A DNA stretch of 49,588 nt, the filler included, from Perkinsus olseni (Eukaryota), in the NCBI GenBank assembly GCA_013115125.1. It is 2 parts of 2 records of this genome, joined end to end, with 100 filler letters (N's around TTAATTAATTAA, not from the genome) between each part and the next. Parts side by side here need not be neighbours in the genome. Positions count along the whole stretch, not along the records: positions 24,867 to 49,588 come from JABANN010000506.1; 1 more part is not named here. One strand, given 5' to 3'. Positions 25,165 through 36,212 of this stretch are shown one piece after another. Every line of letters starts with the position of its first letter. Position 1 is the stretch's first letter. The position numbers were made by a program, and so were the translations under genes. The notes under the pieces are model-generated. The model made no database searches. It was given only the letters and a program-made list of their open reading frames with translations, and had not been told where the DNA came from.

Positions 25165-26820
25165 ATGCGGATCGGCACTGCTGCTTTGACCTCATGGGCT
25201 CTCCTCCACTCGGCGGCAGCCCGCCTCACTGGTGACAATGTGGACCCCGAAAAGACCGCCATCTTCACCTCGAAGGACATCGAGAAGTACCTCGCCCCCT
25301 CGCCCTTCATGTCCTTCGCCAAGGTCGATGATTTCTCCGACTCCTCGTCCTCTCCCGTCATGAACTGGATCGACAGCTCGATCGCTGGCCTGAAGTCCTG
25401 GGCTGGATCGGAGCTTCTCAGCTGGGGTACCAAGATCGTTGATACTCTTGGTGACCACGTCGAAGGTGCCGACATGTACTACAACTTTATCCCGAGACAC
25501 GTCGCCACCTTAGAGCACGACGGTGAATGGCACAGCTACAACGGTCGTTGCTTCCAAGACATCAAGGTGCGTTCTACCAAACAGGGCGACGGGACTATCA
25601 TGATCGAGGCCGACTATCGCAACGCCGTGTCGTGGACTTGTGCCGAGTACGTCCTCTACGGTAACGCTGCTGACTTCCACATGCAGTACAAGATTCACAG
25701 GGGTACCGAAACCTACAAGTGGACGGCCGATGAGGGCAAGATTAACGTCTTCGACCTCCGAACGTCCTTGGTGGATGCGGCCGAGGGTATCATCAAGACA
25801 GCCGACTTGTTGCTCGGCCGTGATCAGGCCCTGGACTTCGTCGATCACTTCATGAACATCACCTTCGACAAGCGTTCGAACCCTGGCCAGTGCGACATTG
25901 CGGAAGAAGACATTCATCCCGGCGATGTTATCATGGTCACGAATATCCAAGGACAGAGCGCGTCTATTATGTGGGCGGGTGGCTCCATCGCCAGTCACAC
26001 CCTCATGTTCTTGCGCGATCCTGAGACCCAGAAGCTTCACTCTATTGAGAGCTGGGCCGGTGGGGTTCGCAAACTCACTTTCGAGGAGTATCTGAAGGAT
26101 GACGCTGGTTGGTATAACAACGGTGTTCTTGTCCCTCTCAAGGAGGAGCTTCGGGAGAGCTTCGATAACGATGCTGCTTGGAAGAAGTTCACCACTGAGT
26201 TCGAGGGGAATGATTACGGATATAGTAACTTCCTCTTCACTGCCGTGGACTCCCTCAAGGGCAACTACCCCTGCATCCCCATGGACAACTACCAGACCTG
26301 CCTCTCGTGGGAGTTCGTAGAGATCGCCATGGGTTTGGTGGAGCGTGCTCGGCCCGATATGGCCAACCTCCTCTTCCTCGAGGCCTTCAACCATCGCATG
26401 GGTTCTTCCGGACTAGGTCTCAGTGATATTCTCAAGATGGCCGATGCCAAGCTTGAGGGCGGCTCAGCCATGCTTCCTACTATCCCTGAGGAGGACGAGT
26501 GGACTTACCACACCCACCACAACGGAGAGCCCATTGTTGGACCTTCTCGTGTCTGCAGCGCCCTTGTGTGCGAGATGCTCCGTGCTGGAGGTGCTTTAGG
26601 TGATCACGAGCTGTCCTGCTCTGAGTTCACTCCCTTCGATGTCTACAGTATGGATATCTTCACCACCCCTACTTACCAGCTCAAGGGTGACTACGCTATC
26701 GACTTGACCAAGCCCGAAGCTTTGCGCCTCGGCCAGAAACCTGTTACTGACGATATGGCCGAGACCTGCCAGACCATCATCACTGCCGACTCGTACTACG
26801 CTAGAGCTCCACACTGCTAA
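25165..26820 (+). CDS. Secreted permuted papain-like (NlpC/P60-type) protein, paralog 1, intronless
   Basis: Signal peptide; DIHPGDVI, IASHTLM (His), GNDYGY, RVCSALV (Cys), EFTP.D in His-before-Cys permuted order. Resembles, from recall, the uncharacterised At4g27020-like family of plants and protists. Confidence 0.8.
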   Translation: MRIGTAALTSWALLHSAAARLTGDNVDPEKTAIFTSKDIEKYLAPSPFMSFAKVDDFSDSSSSPVMNWIDSSIAGLKSWAGSELLSWGTKIVDTLGDHVEGADMYYNFIPRHVATLEHDGEWHSYNGRCFQDIKVRSTKQGDGTIMIEADYRNAVSWTCAEYVLYGNAADFHMQYKIHRGTETYKWTADEGKINVFDLRTSLVDAAEGIIKTADLLLGRDQALDFVDHFMNITFDKRSNPGQCDIAEEDIHPGDVIMVTNIQGQSASIMWAGGSIASHTLMFLRDPETQKLHSIESWAGGVRKLTFEEYLKDDAGWYNNGVLVPLKEELRESFDNDAAWKKFTTEFEGNDYGYSNFLFTAVDSLKGNYPCIPMDNYQTCLSWEFVEIAMGLVERARPDMANLLFLEAFNHRMGSSGLGLSDILKMADAKLEGGSAMLPTIPEEDEWTYHTHHNGEPIVGPSRVCSALVCEMLRAGGALGDHELSCSEFTPFDVYSMDIFTTPTYQLKGDYAIDLTKPEALRLGQKPVTDDMAETCQTIITADSYYARAPHC

Positions 26821-27799
26821 GCTCTTTGTTCCTATAACACTGCCTCTATTGGAGGCTGTTTGACACTTTGTTTGTCGTCGTGTATTTTCTCGCTTTCTCT
26901 GCGAATGTTGTATTCAACTAACTTGACTTGATCTCTTTTCTGTACGATGAGCCTGTTCAGCCAAACGCTCTTCGTACTGGAGGAATTTCCCCTTTGGACC
27001 ACTGGAAAGGAGCGGCGTTGAGTGTTGTTAGAGTGATGGGCGGGGGCTCCTATGGCGTTAGGGGCTCTACCAAGTCGATCCAACAACCATTCTATCGGAG
27101 ACTTCTCGTTTGGTCGCCAAACTTCGGTCTCCGAGCGCACTTGAAGAGCTTTAAGTTGAGTTCGCCAACCTCCGGGTTAATAACCCGGAATAATATTCCG
27201 ACTGTAGGCTACATCTTTCTATATTACTATCATGTTGCAACTCGATAATAATTGGTGGTTCAATAAGGTAAGTTCATCTTATGGAGTACTCCAGTCAATA
27301 GTGATAGCACACAAATTTTGCTCCTTGCTCACCGTCGGCCGTTTAGGCGCGCTACAGTTGATAAGTGAGCAAGCATGCCGAAGTGGGACATTCCTGAACG
27401 AGGGGATGGCTGAGCACATTAGACGATTGCAGCGTTATGATCGCCAAATGATCGGTATCGCTTCGCGCAAAAAAATTAGTTTTTCTTTGGTTTGCGCTTC
27501 GTGTTCTCCGCGTAATCACACTAACTTAAAACTCTTCACGTGTAACGGAGGTGCATCTTCAAGGTATCGCCTGTTTTCAGATTGGTCCAAGCTCAGCTGG
27601 CCATGACCGAATGGAAGACCAGTCAAGTCCCTCGAAGGTTCGATTATCTCGTGAGATATGGTCATCAGTTTTCACATTTCCGTTGCCGTGACATTCTTGT
27701 TCTCATAACAACTTCGTCGAAGGCAACGATTTAGCGGCTAGTGTCGATCAGTGTCGCCTACTAGTACCGGCTGGCCTAGTTGGCTCAGCTGGATCCGTC

Positions 27800-27938
27800 A
27801 AGCTTAAGGTTTTTTTTCGCTTCCGGCCAGGTGTGATCATCCGATCACGACCAGGGCTGTAGTCCAGCCGACCACAGGTCGCATTGACCGTTGTGGTCAC
27901 CGGCTGTTAGTCGGTGACCACACCTTAAGCTTAAGGTT
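27800..27938. repeat. Short structured element: tandem hairpins bracketed by a 12-bp direct repeat
   Basis: AAGCTTAAGGTT at 27800-27811 and 27927-27938; T-run inside the left end; four stem-loops and a 16-bp palindrome. Confidence 0.55.
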
Positions 27939-28533
27939 GGAGTGAAGTGAATCAACAGCTTCTGCACTGTACGGCCCGGCCCATCCCGGGTGATCTGGCC
28001 AGTCTGGCCGCACCCAGAGCTGCTCTTAGAGTCTTGTACTCCGTCCACGCGACATGCGGTACCGTACTGTGAACTGTGGTACGGACTTTTCCGGCATAGT
28101 TGGGGACTATGATCCTACATTCTATCGTGTAGCATTTCTCACCTTCTGATGCCCAACTCACACAATCTATTTGAGACCCCATTTTCTAGGGATGGCCAGG
28201 TTGAGTTGCCACCAGTTATACCCGGCATAATACACCGGGGTTTGAGCCTGCTGACGCTACACTTCGAGGCAAAGTCAACCAGTGAGCAACATTGGTGGAT
28301 GGTATATTTGACCATCCGCATAATGAAAACATCATCTGCATATGGAAGATGATATTATCACCCAAATTGATGAAATGTAGGCCTATATCCGTGAGAAGTC
28401 GCAGTGCTCTGCTATGAGCTACTCTATGTTATCACTCACAACTCAATCCCCGAGCGCCATGTGCTCACCTGCCGAGAAACAGAGGAGCGAGCGGTAAGCA
28501 TGCTCAAGACCTGATATTTAGTCGAATGGTTCA

Positions 28534-30547
28534 TCAAATGCCTCTCGGCTTCATCTTCAGTTCGAGACCTTCTACTGCTCGAACGAATCGTGTTCGCCCG
28601 TGAACTTTGCCAATATCAGAATTGGCTCTGATGTTATCGAAGTGCCTCAGAATCGTTGCCACGACTATAACACACTCTTTAATGGCGAGGTGTTTGCCGG
28701 GGCACTCGCGGGGTCCCCCGCCGAACGCTAAATGAGAGCGTAGGCGGGCTCTGTTTATGCCTTGGCCGTTAGGAAGGATCCATTGGTCGGGCCTGAGGCA
28801 TAGGAAATCCCGGGTCTCAACACTAGACTCTTATGCTTACTGGAAGGCCGTGCCGCCTTCTTCCTTGCAGATCATCGCCTTATGCAGAAGGGTTGCCACC
28901 ATAGTACCTGGTGGTATCTGCTCACCGGCAAGGGTGGTCTTGCTTATGCCCTCGTGGAGAAGGAAAAATCCGGGCGGTTGCACCTAGACACACGCGAAAA
29001 TCGTTTTCTCCCAAAATGGACAAGGCCCACCCTCAAAGTCTCGATTACGCAAGCCTCAACGAAGAGCAACTCATTCAGATCTTCTCCGTCTTGCGGATCG
29101 TGTCCAATCTCATCCACCTCGGACCTTGCCTTGGCTTGAATATCCGGATAGAGGCAGAGATAGTACAAACACCAGGCGATGGTCATGGCCGTGGTCTCGA
29201 AACCAGCCGCCACGAATCTGAACGATGTGTACAGATGGTAACTATCGTAGACTGACTTCGTTCACCTCGCCGAGTGCGATGAAACTCACATCATTAAATT
29301 TCCTTTCAGTTCTTCGTCAGTCAAATGTTGAAGTTTGTCGAGCAAATCGAGCTTCACCTCTGCTCCTGCTGCTCGCTGGACTCTCCTCTCTTGAATGACT
29401 GTATCCCACATCATATTAAGCTTTTTTAAGCTTCGGTAGAACTGTTGAAGAGCGGGTTCGAAAAAGATCTCAATAAATGCCAACTCACATTCTTTAGCGT
29501 AGCATTGAGGTTCCACGGAAATTTGTCTCGAGTCAACATCGGAAAAGCGCTCAGCTGAGCAACATAGCCACAGCCTTGTAAACCGTCTAGAAACGTCTCC
29601 CAGAGCTCATTTGATTGGCCGGGAGAGACTCCTGATAATTTCGACGGTCACCGCAAGGCTCCGAATGAGATCAGGTCCGATCGGTAGATTCGAGGCTCGG
29701 TCCTCGAGCTGTAGCCTACAGCCTGTAGGCCCATATTGTCTAACGGTGTGAGCTGTACCTTCGGAAGGGAGACAGTTGTAGTCCTTCCCCAAAGTCGTTG
29801 AGCAGATCAAATCGAGTAGAAGGAAGAGACCTCAGTAGGCGGACCTGTAATCCAACGGAGATCTCATCCATACGAAGGCCTACATGAACCCACCATCTTT
29901 GAAGCCGCGTGAGACATTTTTGGTACCATCTCTATCGAGCTCTTCTCGTTGAACGCCGGGGCACATAGCCGTCTATGCCGCTTCCAAATCTCCCCTTCCG
30001 CAGTGAACAAGCCAGATATCGGTATGACATTGTTCTTGTTAGTAGATCTCACATACGCATATGGGCGCTCCTTTAGTACTTGCTGTACAAGTTCAGAGCT
30101 CGATACCACCAGCAGTTGCATACCCATGAAACTGACGGTGAAGAGGTTACGACTAGAACCAGGGCTTTTTTCAGCGCGTGCAGCAGCTGTGAAATATGCT
30201 TACCGGATAGAGTAAATATCACCGTAGGTCTCGGCATAAATCTCGAGTGCTGTGAAAAACTGGTCGAGCGATCTCGGGACGTAGCCCAAGAAGGGAAGAA
30301 ACTGAAAACGGAGAAGATCTCAGCTGAGAAGGCCCACTACTCCGGTAGATCAGATTCACCACCCAAAGCGGTCCAGTACTTGTGGCGAGTTCAGTCCGGA
30401 AGGTCCACCAAAGCGCTCTCGCAGTCTGTTACGTCGTCGATTCGCTCGGTATATCCACAATACGGCAAGTGCCAGTAGGCCCGAGCTCATAACCGCCTTC
30501 TGCCGGGCTATCACCAGTTGCAGAAACCTCGAGATAACGTCTCTCAT
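28534..30547 (-). CDS. Cytochrome P450, ER-anchored, multi-exon; possible frameshift near 29820-29845
   Basis: N-terminal TM and Pro-rich hinge; WKRHRR; I-helix AAGFETTA; ETLR; heme motif FGGGPRECPG (~28696-28725); stop 28534-28536. Confidence 0.93.
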
Positions 30548-30922
30548 ACTTGAAGGATGAACAACTCGTCGAAGCCGATCGTGAACACTGATTCGGTGCA
30601 ATACGTATGCAGTATTCCCGATAAGTCAGCGCCCGCGTGCTGAGGTAAATGAGGGACAAGGAACGTCTGCCGACCGGCCTGGCCGATCCGTCCAGGGTGA
30701 ACACATTTTCTCGTGGACTATGACGAGGGAACATCATAATAGCAAGGGTTCAGACGCAGAGTAAGCAAGGTCCAGCTCAAAGGCTCCCCCGCAAGAACAT
30801 CAGTGATTTATACTCGGGAACACCACTCCGAGTGATATACTCGGGATGACGAGGGTAGCGAAAACTTCAGAAAGTTGCGTTATCCAACTTAGATTGCAAC
30901 GGGTTAGGGGTTCAATAAGTTC

Positions 30923-32331
30923 TCAAAGGACTTCAGGTTTCCTCGCCACGCCAGCATAAATCATGCTGAGGTCGCCTGGCAGCTCTACCGGGTGACCGTC
31001 GAATGCTTGATGTTTATTCTTCATACCGTCGAAGACGAACCGACTGATCTGCCAAAAGTCACACAATTAGTCTAGAGATTAATACATGCTTACGTAGACG
31101 GGAAGGCCTTAAATGGCAGCTGCATGAACTTGGGGGAAATTACGTCGAAAGCTGATGACTCACCCTGTAGAAAACGTCCTCGTAGGCCATGCCTATCCAT
31201 TCCTTCTTTGGCGAACCTGATGTGGAGATAACTTGTCACGAGAGGGATGCGTGTCACGCACGCATTGCGTGAGAGATATACATACTATCATTCTTCCCAA
31301 GGTAAAGTGGGAATCATAGAGAGCAATGAGTGAGTCGTTCATTAAAAAGTTTTTAATAAAAACCGAGACAGTGTATCAGCCTTATTATCTCACGGGCCCC
31401 GTGACACGGGGCCGGTGGCCCGGCAATTCGTGATGCACAAGATACTTCAAGCTGAAGTCTTCAACGCATTCTTAACACATGTCCAGCATTGACGATGAAT
31501 GATCGACTCACGCTTTCTAGGAAGTGAAAACCTCATCAAACCACTCACCCACGACAAATCCAGCGTCACCGAGCAAGCGTTCCATCTCCTCGGGAGTGAT
31601 AAAAAGTCTCCAGTCGTGTGTATCCTCATACATCACCTGGAAGAGGAACTTTCTGGCGGCATCTTTCTAACGTTCATCACCTGGAAGATTTCCTGAGCGA
31701 TCAACCATACGAGAAGGTAAGTCTTGAAGTTCCTTGATATGGTGTCGAATACGACCGCACCGCCGGGCTTGAGTACACGGTAGATCTCGTGCGTAGCCTT
31801 GCGGAGATCCGTGAGATGGTCAAAAACCTCCGATACGATGACACCATCGAAGGTGTTATCGGGAAACGGTATATCATATGCCGATCCAACTTGATAGTGT
31901 AGATTAGGAATATGGCGTCCATGCTGGCGTGCTTGTTCTAGAGATGCCTCACTGATATCAATACCAGTGATATTATAGCCATAGGATAATGCCATCTCTT
32001 CTGTCAATAGACCTCCGCCACATCCCACGTCCAAGTACCTCCCTTGAGAAGGGCTTCTCCCACCTGTTGAAAGATGGCGATGGAAGTAAGGACAGCGAAC
32101 GACGTTGGTCTTTTTCAAGGTATGAACAATCTCTTTCTCATCCCACCAACTGACGTGGTCATAGAGGTTGTTGTCGATACGTGTATCTCTTTCCTTAATA
32201 GCATCGAGCCTGTCGGGGTATGGGGAAGGGTTATACCGTGATCTCGAAAATATCAAGCCAGCAAGAACAGCAGCAGTAGACATAACGAGGAGAGTGAGCC
32301 AAGGGACCATTCCTATAGGTTGCCGCTGCAT
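30923..32331 (-). CDS. UbiG/COQ3-like SAM-dependent O-methyltransferase with N-terminal signal anchor, 4 exons
   Basis: YLDVGCGGGLLTE, GIDIS, FDGVIVSEVFDH, LKPGG..FDTISR, THDWRLFITPEE, DLSMIYAGVARK. Predicted introns 31637-31680, 31217-31548 and 31049-31163. Confidence 0.9.
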
Positions 32332-33285
32332 ATATTCAGCTTCAGGTTAGGGCTTGTTCTCTTTGCAGGGAAGCCTTAGTAGACTCGGCACCCGACAAAT
32401 GCCGGTATGATAAACGCTATCAAGCCGTGCGTGTGCGTGCTGAATATGCAGGCTCGCGCGGGCCAACACAACCTAGGAGATGAACAAAACAGTTCCAATT
32501 GCGAAAGGATAGACGGTTTCATGGACTTACTCAATCAGTACCGCAGAATTGTTATTTCGTGTGCACTATAACTCAGTACAGTGTGGCTATTTGAGACGGG
32601 GCTCCAAGAGAGGTGAGATTGGAGTCGAAAGAGGCTCACTGATAATGTGCGCTACAGCTTACTACTCTAAGCTTAGGACAGCACGTATACTCATGGACGC
32701 TGGTGTAAAGCGGATAGTAAGGTCAGAGCAGCAGTGAAGGTAAATGCCGCGATGATAGTCTAACAGCTGAGTAGTGTGGAACCAGGCTGTAGCTGTTACA
32801 TAGCGCACACTATAATCGTCACTATGTTGTCACTATAGTGCAAGTACTTTCCGAGCTTCATTACTCTGAATCCTCCAACTGCGGCGATTGGGAGTCAGCA
32901 CAGTCGTTGTGCTGACTCCCAATCGCCGCTGTTCCCCTGGTTCAGGCAAACTGGAAGTCTCAGCGAGGTATGCATGTATGTTGTATTGATGTGCAATACA
33001 ACATACATGCTGTACATGGCGTTCCCGCAACCTGGGCATAAGTTGCCAAAACAATTCTAGTTTATTGGGAAACGACTTGGGGAAGTGTTTCTTGGAACAA
33101 GAAATGAAGTGACGGACCTGTCCCACTGTGTGCATGGGTACGTGGGAAGCTTAGTCATTGTTCAATCTCAGGACTGCGTCGAATATCAACTCTGGTTCGA
33201 CGGGGACCTCGAGTTGTGAACCTAGAGGGCCTCTAGTAGGGATACCCTTGTATCAGGTTGTTGTGTTACATTCCTCGATCCCACC

Positions 33286-34905
33286 ATGACCGCTTCCACC
33301 AAATTTTTGGACTGGAGGACTATATTGATGTTATCTCGTCCAGGTTTGTGGTTCCTCACGGTTTGGCTTTACCTTTGGCCCACCGGGGGTCATTGGTATG
33401 TTTTTAAGACATTCCCTTTTTACGCTGGTCTTCTCTTGTCTACGTTACCCTTCAATCTGCTGATGTTTGGTATGAATGATATGGTAGACTATGCTGTGGA
33501 TCAGCTACACGTCCGTAAGGGTAACTATACCTGGGGTGCCAGGGCGAGTAGATCCGAGCTAGCTCAGCTGCCCCCCTTGATGGCCTTCAGTGTCCTATGT
33601 CCAGTGATCATTATCATAGCGGCAACTGGACGCGTGAGGTCAGCTATCTGGGTTCTCGGCTTTCTACTCTCCAATATTCTTTACAACGTGCCTCCTGCGA
33701 CTCTCTCTCGCAAGGGCCCCTGGGAGATACCCTGTATGCTCCTCGGGCTCTCCTGCATCACAATGTTCTCATGTGAAGTGAACAACATCTCTTCGCCGTC
33801 AATCGGTAATATTCTCCACTCATCACTCTCCCTCCTCCCACTCGTCCTCATTCGTTCGCTTAAGGTCTTAAAATGTCTTCCCAAAGGTCACCGAGGACCA
33901 GGGAACTTTCCTGGTCTGTGTGATTTACCGTTTGTACTTCATATCATGTCGCAAATGCCGTTTTTCGCCGTGAATGCAAAAAGCTAAAAATACGTCACTC
34001 GGCTAGTCGTACGAACAAAACGTTCGAATGGAATTGTGATCGTAGGCTGTGATAGCCATACTTCTGAATCTCGTGAAAGCACCGCAAACTCTCCACCGGC
34101 GCAACTTGCATGGTGCAAGTTCCGTGAGCACCTCCCCCTTCCTGCCTCTTGCGTTTGTTTCTTTTTATGTGATTCCTTTAGGTGGATGGATGTTTCACTG
34201 GTTAGCGATGGCGCGGGGCCAACTGTATGGAGAAGTGATCGATATCGACGATGATGCCCAAGTCGGCAAGAACACAACAGCAGTCAAGTTCGGCAAACTT
34301 CGTGCTCAACAGCTTATGTTGGCGCTGACTCTATGTGCAATCCTGGTAAGATATTGACTCACATTGAAGCCTCATATTTATTGGAGCGCTGCCGCGTTGA
34401 CTGATGCTTTTGAGGCGATCTACATTAGTGATGCAGTGCGTTCACTCTCCGTCAGAGAGCCTCCGGCACTTGCTGCTCATGTATAAGAGTGATTACTAGA
34501 TTAAAGAGACCGCGCACGCATAACTCCGATGTGGGAGCAGTGTCGCGATTGAATTGCGAAGATGCAGGCAGTAACGTGAAATTACTCGTGCTCACCACCC
34601 CCGGGTAATCATTGCAGGACTTGTGGGCTACAGAAGGACCTTCTGAGAAGGTTCCCCAACAATATCAGAGCAGTTCCCTTGGGCGTGTGCGGAGGTTAGT
34701 TATGATGGTTTCTCAGGTATGCTACGCTCATCTCGCTTCCGTGTACCTAACTACCTACTACGTCCTCGATGTATTGGTTCAAGTCTGCTCTGCAAGCAAT
34801 AGATGGGGTAGAATACAAGAATACAAACTCGCAATTTTCCGGGTTCAGACCATACTAAGGGTCCTCTATCTGTTCTACGCTTGGCCAAATCGAGTTCTTG
34901 CCTGA
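33286..34905 (+). CDS. UbiA-superfamily prenyltransferase, about 3 exons
   Basis: SRPGLW, first Asp-rich motif NDMVDYAVD..RKG, YNVPP..LSRK, second motif EVIDIDDDAQVGKNTTAVKFG; multiple TM helices. Predicted exons ~33286-33805, 34182-34345 and ~34717-34905. Confidence 0.88.
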
Positions 34906-36212
34906 TGCCAAACCGGGGGTGAACAGGTGACTTGCAGAGTGTAGTTCGGAGCTATGATCGTGTTTCCACCATTAAATGGTGGCGAAATGGCGGCCTCTTC
35001 GAGCGTATCGTCCTGTGTTCAGCATTGCTACTCATTCGTCAAACTATTGTAAGTGAGGAAGACTTCGTTCACATCATGTGCTGCTCGAGTACCGCTGTCT
35101 CACATTTGTTTGTTTCGACCTATGGTAAGTGTTTTCTTGACCGGGACAAGTGGTTTTAATGAGGCCTATGATTTGAACTTCAAATTTTGAAGTAGATCAT
35201 AAACCCTATATATTGCCGCGACAATATTGCAGCGCCCAATGTGAATTATTACAACGTGGTTACAACGAGCCAGGTTCGAGGTGTTGTCCCAATGGCTGAG
35301 TTTTCTGAGTTCTGAAGCCCTATGCGGACTCGAGATCCACAGGCATTGATTCAAACCTGGTTTGATAAATCGCTCTCGACGTTTATTGAATAAACTTTAT
35401 TCAACCCGCACCATGATCCACAAGTGTTGCTCAGATTCCGTACTCATGACAAAGATTCTTAATTCGTGGGTACTATTACTGATCCCAGATTCAGCATTCG
35501 TAAGTATGATATTGTGATATCGAGTTCGTTCAGGTAAGCGCCCCAAAGCCTGCTGATGAACACAGGTCTCCAAAGAGTGACGAAACCTGCTCTTAATCTA
35601 TCCTGCACTGAAGTAGTCACATTCATAGCTATGCAGGAGAAATGCCGGAAGAGCGCATAATGGGACCGACTAGACTGGTATAACATATGACTCTTGGATC
35701 CTATTTTTCAGCACGCGTACACATCTCTAGGACAGCTCTTCCATTTATTCCTCAGGACTGCAGTCTGTCTTTCAACTATGGCGGCTAATGTGTCTAGGTC
35801 CTCACTCTTCCATTATGATTTCTGGGTGTTGGGAGTCGCTCGTGAAACTGTTGAGAGCTCCAACAGAATGAAACTGCGGGAATATTCTCAGCCAGCCTCA
35901 TTAGCACGCAAGTACACAACGGAGCGGCGCTTTCAATGATCCACTTAAAGACTGGATGACATGCTCCCGAAGAGCGAAGAGCAAATTGCAACTAACACGA
36001 TGCGTGTGAAGATGAGTGGCGATGTCACAACCACCTCACACCTACAAGTCACTGTCATCAACGTTGTAGGCGTGCGAAAATGTTGCTTGCGCTATGCTCT
36101 TCGCTCGTGGAGCACAGCCTCGTCGTCCTCATGACTGAGGCAAGCAGTCCTCTGGTTTTCGTGTGAGTGCTCGATTTCAGCGTTTCTCGTTCCTCTCCTC
36201 TCTGTTTCTCGA

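Noticed and set aside
27829-27925. tRNA gene
   Set aside because: Multi-stem structure, but no T-loop TTCRA or D-loop consensus on either strand.
30923-34905. Labelling the methyltransferase and prenyltransferase as housekeeping COQ3 and COQ2
   Set aside because: The signal anchor on the methyltransferase and the non-COQ2 motifs of the prenyltransferase argue against orthology, so gene symbols were withheld.
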